Source of the DNA: Octopus bimaculoides
Lineage: Eukaryota
Direction: 5' to 3'
Length of the DNA stretch: 40,869 bases
NCBI RefSeq assembly: GCF_001194135.2
Contig: NC_068987.1
Span: 66,593,641-66,634,509 of the forward strand
This document shows, in pieces, positions 34,070 to 40,869 of this stretch; the stretch's first letter is position 1, and every line of letters begins with the position of its first letter. A program made the position numbers and the translations under genes. Below the pieces are notes generated by a model that worked only from the letters and a program-made list of their open reading frames with translations, did not search any database and was not told the origin of the DNA.

Positions 34070-37025
34070 GTTGTATATCTTTATAACTTCTCTATCATAC
34101 TGTTTGTATTTCTCTCTTGTTCTCAATTTTCTATCTCCATCTTACTCTTTGCGTTCGTCTCAAAGTTTTTCTCATATCCTTTGGCAATCTACACTAACAA
34201 ATCACGAAGCTCTATTGATACAGTGAGAAGAATATTCATGAATAGTTTATTATGGGGAAGAAAGCATATACACGTTGAATACAGTTTGCAAAACAATTAG
34301 GTATATTGAGAGAATATTAGAGTATTGTTTGTAAAGATGTATTAAGATTTCTTGGGGTATTTGGTGATATTAGGACAAAGGATGAATATTGGACACTTTC
34401 TTTAATATTTTGTTTCAGTACAGTTACTGGGAGATCATAATAAGCTTCGTTAGTTCGTTTATATTTCCCTATAAACTGTTTCCGTAAAATGTTTAACATA
34501 AAATAGAATTAACAAAGTAAACTTAATCCGATTGAATATTAATAATTATAGGGTAGTATAGTAATTACAAACATTCTACTTATTTATTGCCCCAAAATTA
34601 TTTATGTACTAAATTGTCTAGGGTGACACGGATCCCAATTTTTATGATATAATTACATACACACACATTACATTCACAATACTCATACATACACGCAGAC
34701 ACGCACGTACACACACATGCATATTCTGTTATACATTAATTGCATATAAACGTGTGTATCCCTATATAGAAGCATAGCACATTTTCGGTTACCTTATCGG
34801 CAAATTATCCGAGAAACTAATTTGTTCTAAAATTGTTCTATTCATTGACTTGTATATTCATTGACTTGTTATTGACTTGTATACGTCTCTTTCTGCTGGA
34901 GACAAGGTTGGGCAACTGTTATGCTAATGATGCTTATTCAGATAGAAAGGACCTGTGTTTGTCTCCCGATAATCATTCTGTATTTTCCTTAAAATCATGG
35001 CAATTTTGGAGAATTCTTCATCCTGTATATTATCTCCTCTATATTATCTCCCCTTTTTATTTGGAGTCTGTCGCAGTGACCAGTAAGCAATATTACTAAC
35101 TTCTTTGGAAACAGATAGAATCACAATAAATCAAGAATTTGTCTTATATGTTATTTAATATACACTCACTCGTCTCTTTGTTTACATACATGCCAGTGGT
35201 TGCTCCATTTAATTAGTTTTAAGTAATTTTATTTTCAGCTATAGAAATTACCTAGTCCATAAATGATTTCTACTAATTTTTATACCTCTCGTATGTTGGA
35301 GATAAGATAGGGTAACGGCTGTGCTATTAATGCAGCAGTACATGACCACTCGTTTCCTTTTTTTATCTCTAGGCAACCAGGTTGCCAATTCCTTAATTGC
35401 ATGCAAATTTTAAAATATTCTTGTATCTTGAAGTTATCTCTCATTTTTGGAGTTAGCAATAAATGCAACCAGGCGGTTTTACTACCGCCTATGAAAATGG
35501 AAAGGAGTATACAAAATCAAGAGTTTATCTTTTATGTTATCTTCTTTACTTGTATTCGTCTTTCAAGTACATTTACCCATCCGTGTATGTATATAACATA
35601 CAAGCTCATAAAAAACATCAAGTGTTATAAACACACGTTCACAGACACCACACTTACCCACATGTAGTAATGAATATTTGGGCTTAGTTTTAGCTTATAA
35701 TAAAAGTTGATGGTGATGTATGTGTCAAGTCCATTCACATACATCTTAAATAGAAATTTATTGGAAGCGTGCCACGAACTTGATATTTTACAGTCTTATA
35801 TATTGAATATAAATACTCATCGGAACCTAACACTTTTTGTCAATTTTCCAATGAGGTAGTGATGGTCAACGATAAACATTCTTTGGTGGAAGATAATTCA
35901 GTATTTCCAACGTAGTATGCGTAGGAAAAATTTTATGAACTTCCTAATTTTCGAACGTTTTTGGAATTTCAATGATTTTTTACCACTAAACATTATTAAT
36001 TATGCAGAATATAGTGAGATACGTTTGATCATTGTTAAATTAGAGAAAACACAGTGTTCTGTTTCGACAACCATTAGCTACAGTAGTTCCTAATTGTCTA
36101 TAAAATTAATTCAGAAGTTTTCTGAACATTTCTCGATAATTACGATAAATCAAAGAATCTTTTATGATTTCTGTAAAGTGTTTTATAACATCCTGCCTAT
36201 AAACAAAATTGCTTTACAGTGGTAAATTAACGCCAGTCTTCGCTAGCCATTGTTCATTTGGCGATGCCACGGAATGAAGATATGGAATTAACCCTACTAT
36301 AACTGGAAATTTAAAACGTGTCTAAGCAGTAGCCAACTTAAGTATCTGTAAAGGAAAAGAATAATAAGAAACAACAAACTAATTATATTGAAAGATAAAA
36401 GTAATCGTTACAGCGAAACGGAAATGAACAATTTTTCTACCATCTTTTAATTGTGAAGTTTTAGCTGTGATTATTTCAAGCACAAATGTGTCTTGGGAAT
36501 AGCTTGATGGTATTTGTTAATTTAAACACTTGTTCTTGTATGAAATCCATTTATTGAAACAGATGAGACAGCTTCTGAATGGAGACTGTGTCATTATATT
36601 TCAGTAACATCATTGTTTGTTTCAATGGATAAACATGAAAAAGACACGAACGTATTCCTCTATAAAATAAAATCGAAAATGCTTTGTCTTCTTTCGCATG
36701 TCTACTGCTAGTCATGAACGAAAGGATATACATTGAATGTAGACTTACTATAAACTTATCAGAGCTATGAACCTTTGCAATTTTGTGTCCCCATACAAGT
36801 TTGTCAAACTACCACTTGCAACTTGTATTTCATAGGTTCGAATCTATAATAACTTGCAGCTATCAATTTAGAAGGTTGTACCTTACTACTGTAAATACTG
36901 AACTTCCACTAATTAAAACAATGTTTTACAAATCAAGAGTTGAAATCAGAAGTGTGTGGTGCAGATGTGGATTTGAATTCAGGTAAATATTCTGAAGGAA
37001 TTTAAATTATCATTTATATTCATGG

Positions 37026-37230
37026 AAGTCGGTGAGCTGAAAGAATGGTTAGCACGTCTGATAAAACGCTTTGTAGCTTTTCTTCCGATTGTTTTGCGTT
37101 CTGAGTTCAAATTTCGCCGAAGTCGACTTGACTTCCATTCTTTCGTGGCTGATAACATAAAGTACAAGTCGAGCACTGCCCACTCGCCTCTAAACTGCTT
37201 GTCTTGTACCAAAATTATAAGGAATATTTA
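37026..37230 (+). mobile_element. SINE family A, degenerate
   Basis: GGTGAGCTGAAAGAATGGTTAGCAC...GTTCTGAGTTCAAATTTCGCCGAAGTCGACT. Further degenerate fragments at about 8380-8480, 11920-11990, 14420-14560, 21780-21945 and 37516-37612. Confidence 0.8.
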
Positions 37231-39210
37231 TATATCGAAGTGATAGCTAAGACTAGGTCAGTTGGTTCAACTAAGTAACAACTATTAAGTTGTAAATATG
37301 CTTAGATTTTTCTATAGAAATGAATGTAACATAGAAAAGAAAATAACAAGGATTTCACAAATATAACACAATATGTGTGTGGAAAGCATTCATAAATGTC
37401 CGTTGCTGCAGCTTTTGCGAAAGGATTTACTGTATGATCCTAGGTAATATTACAATTACTATTTAGATCAATTTAAGGTCGAATAATCGGATACGTTTTT
37501 AATATTGTTGAGTAAAAAGGTGAGGTGGCAGAATCTTTATCACATCTGAGGTCGATGTGATCGATCAACCCAGGAAATAACTGGCCTTGTGCGAAAATTT
37601 GAAATCAATATTTCTTATTAAAGAATAAGCAACTCGTTCTGACTACGAATTACAGCTTCATTGTAAACAAAGCTCACAAGACTAATGATAAAATGTATGA
37701 GAATAGTATATAACCTTCACATGAATTTGTAGGATACGTGAAATAAAATAAATTATATAATTCTTCGGTTCAATGTCCAACGCTCAGAAAAAATGAATGC
37801 TACCTATCAGTGTACTTCAAGTAAACGCAATTAATCAAACTGTATCTCCTTCAGATAATTATTTTTACTTTCGATGTATTTGTTTCATTTGATATAGAAC
37901 AGTCGTCAATTTCAGTACTTGTTAAAGGTTTTAGTTTGGTGTTGAATCAAAACTGTGTCCATGATTTGGCAGATCATCTGGGCCAGTGAGACTGACGTGG
38001 TCAATGTGCCTCGTTAGTAACTACGGGATTATTAATTCGGTAAACATAAGAGTAAGAAGGTTATTGTAGATGACTATGTTCAAAGAGTATGGAGTGAGTG
38101 TTGTAATTAAATCGAAATGGAGGACGAAATAATTGTGATGAAAATGTGTGAAACGAATAAGTCTGGAGTGTCTGCCGCGGCGGTGGCGTGAACTCAGGCC
38201 CCTTCGAGAATTAGAGGCTAGTGTAGGGACAGAGCAAATAGCAGGGGGGAAAAAAGAGACAAACATTCTTTGAGATTGGGATGGTGTAAACTAGTGAGTG
38301 ACATCATACTAATCAGTCTAGTGGCATTCGTAATGGAGATAATCAAGGGGTTATATATGTGTTGCAAAATATCCATTCCAGATATTAGAATATTATTCCA
38401 TTGTATGTTTCGTCTGATTTGTAGAGTGAAAAACAGTGTAACTTTACAAATCATGTTTGTAAAAATATAGAAATTGTGTATGTTATTCGAGCGACAATAT
38501 AGTGAGTGTGCTAAACAATTTAATTTTCAAATCATTTGCTGTGATAGTGAATGCTCAAGAATGAGAGTTGTACTGTTTAAAATGGTAAAGATAGTCAATT
38601 TCTTTTATCCTAAAGCTGCTAAACAGGAAATTGGAAGACAAGTTGCGCTTAGTGGAAAGAGAAAAACTTTCTTTCAAAAATGTTATTGGGTTTCTCCAAG
38701 TGACACCTCCACGGAAATGGCGAATAGATTTTCAAGTGAAGATACATCTTTGTATGGAATCACTATTCTTCGGAATTAGAAAGGTGTCAGTCTCTATATT
38801 ATTATCCGATTATATTACCATCAAACTTGATTGTATTATAACGTTATGTCAGCTATGTCAATTTAAATTGCTCTTCCCAGTCACTGAGAAACATAAAGAG
38901 TATATCAGTGAAGTACTTGCTGCGTGTAGGACAACTCAAACAGAAAGTATAACATCGATTACGAAAGTTGATTTAAACAAGCCTTAGATGTGTACAAATT
39001 TTGTAATGACAAATCTTATGTGTATTTATTCTTAATAATAGCTTCCCTATAATGCATTGTTTTCTACATTTTTTCTTCTGTTTACTTTAATTATTGAACT
39101 ACAGTCGTACGGGACTGCTACAAGCAAAACTTTCGGTAGATTCTATGAATCCCTTTAATTATGAGAGTCAGGTACTTATTTTACTGCTACATGCACACAT
39201 ACATACATGT

Positions 39211-39252
<42 letters not shown>

Positions 39253-39654
39253 NNNNNNNNNNNNNNNNNNNNNNNNNNNNNNNNNNNNNNNNNNNNNNNN
39301 NNNNNNNNNNNNNNNNNNNNNNNNNNNNNNNNNNNNNNNNNNNNNNNNNNNNNNNNNNNNNNNNNNNNNNNNNNNNNNNNNNNNNNNNNNNNNNNNNNNN
39401 NNNNNNNNNNNNNNNNNNNNNNNNNNNNNNNNNNNNNNNNNNNNNNNNNNNNNNNNNNNNNNNNNNNNNNNNNNNNNNNNNNNNNNNNNNNNNNNNNNNN
39501 NNNNNNNNNNNNNNNNNNNNNNNNNNNNNNNNNNNNNNNNNNNNNNNNNNNNNNNNNNNNNNNNNNNNNNNNNNNNNNNNNNNNNNNNNTGCGCGCGCGC
39601 ACAAGCAAATTCGTTGCATATATTCTGTGTGCTGATTGATTACACTTCGTCAAA

Positions 39655-39723
39655 TGGTAACGTTGCGGGATCGAACCCAGAAGCATATGATTGACAAGCG
39701 AGTTTCTTAATCACACAACCTAC
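39655..39723 (-). mobile_element. Isolated tRNA-like SINE head (family B-like)
   Basis: Minus strand GTAGGTTGTGTGATTAAGAAACTCGCTT...CTGGGTTCGATCCCGCAACG with B box GGTTCGATCCC. Confidence 0.6.
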
Positions 39724-39900
39724 GTTCAAATATATTCAGATTTGACTTTGCATTTACTTACTCTGCTTAAGTTGGGGATTGAAAATAAACGGCTGTAGAA
39801 CAGTGAACCTAATTCAGAACACGTTCTCCCTAGAAATGTATGTCTTGCACTTATGTATAGAACCAAGACTATAGAAGCAGCAATAGAAGTAGAAGTATTG

Positions 39901-39908
39901 CTACTACA

Positions 39909-39953
<45 letters not shown>
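39901..39953. repeat. (CTA)n microsatellite
   Basis: Read directly from the sequence. Confidence 0.97.
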
Positions 39954-39954
<1 letters not shown>

Positions 39955-40869
39955 GTAGTATGATGGAAAAAAACAAGTAGAAAAGTTCTCTCTCAGCGAA
40001 ATGACGTCTTCCTCTCTATATCTCTTTATCAGATAGAAACACAAAATCACTTGAAGAAATCGTGCGATAAGTAACTAATTGGTCTGTGTGAAATTCTAAG
40101 CCATTCATCGTCGTTGCTATCCATTAATTCCTTATGTTACTCCGTGTTGTATTCCTACAGAGCCGGTTATTGGTTTGCCGGTCACACTTTGATCTTTCTT
40201 CTGGTTTTAATAGACCATATGTATTCCAATACTTCACCTTTAGTCCAGTTGGATATAATGTGCTTTAGCTATTCGTTTATCTAATTTCAGCTTCTTATCT
40301 TTTTTCTTTATAATTTTTTATTTCTCTCCATTCGTTTCATCATGGACATTCCGGGAAGAAATATTGTGTGAAAGTTGAAACCTCATTAAAACTTTCTAAA
40401 TCAGTATGACAGTTATATGTGAATACGAGAATTTTCTTGTATAGACTGCAGTGAGGAGTTGAGAATATGTCCTATTATCTATTAAATTATTATTAAAATA
40501 CTTTATGACTCTCAGTTGTTGAAAGTCATGTGTGTATTTATTCGTATATAGCTATTAGCAAACAATGGTAACTATGCATACATTTCAGTAGTGATACAGT
40601 GCCTGAGACACATTATAGAACTACGGCAAAGAAATTCTTTCTGTGAGATCTAGATTTTTTTTTTCAGCTCTGTCCGAAGTTTCCTTTCTTCAACAATATT
40701 TAATTATGTAATTAAAGTGTTATCGATGCTTATTTTAAATGAATCAGCATTGAAATTAATTCAATTATAATCCATCCGAGAAATGTGTTTCTCTTCTCAT
40801 ATGTATACTTACACACTAAACACACACACACACACACACACTGACACATATAAATAGTATATATATATA

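Noticed and set aside
38631-38987. 118-aa ORF with an internal acceptor-like site near 38880
   Set aside because: No recognisable motif or consistent exon structure; the length is within the chance range for this window.

Overview
AT-rich eukaryotic genomic DNA from a draft assembly with six N-gaps, most next to (TA)n runs. The SINE families and microsatellite load suggest an animal, probably a coleoid cephalopod (Octopus-like); that assignment is inference from family resemblance. I found no intact recognisable host gene, RNA gene, CRISPR array or prokaryotic system. The window is mainly decayed mobile DNA: four IS630-Tc1-mariner elements (a Tc1-like element with DD38 spacing, two full-length DD34D mariners with TIRs and TA duplications, and a DD37D/maT-type fragment), an internally deleted Ty3/Gypsy element plus a second Gypsy protease fragment, an L1/Tx1-like LINE with a 5' inversion, three R4/Dong-like restriction-like-endonuclease (RLE) LINE fragments, at least four tRNA-derived SINE families, and many microsatellites. 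The most interesting signals are a twin-priming-like inversion in the Tx1-like LINE, a degenerate minimal hammerhead-ribozyme-like motif, a cluster of RLE LINE ends in trinucleotide repeats with a long flanking duplication, and a few unassigned exon-like segments. I cannot support a claim of a wholly new biological system.
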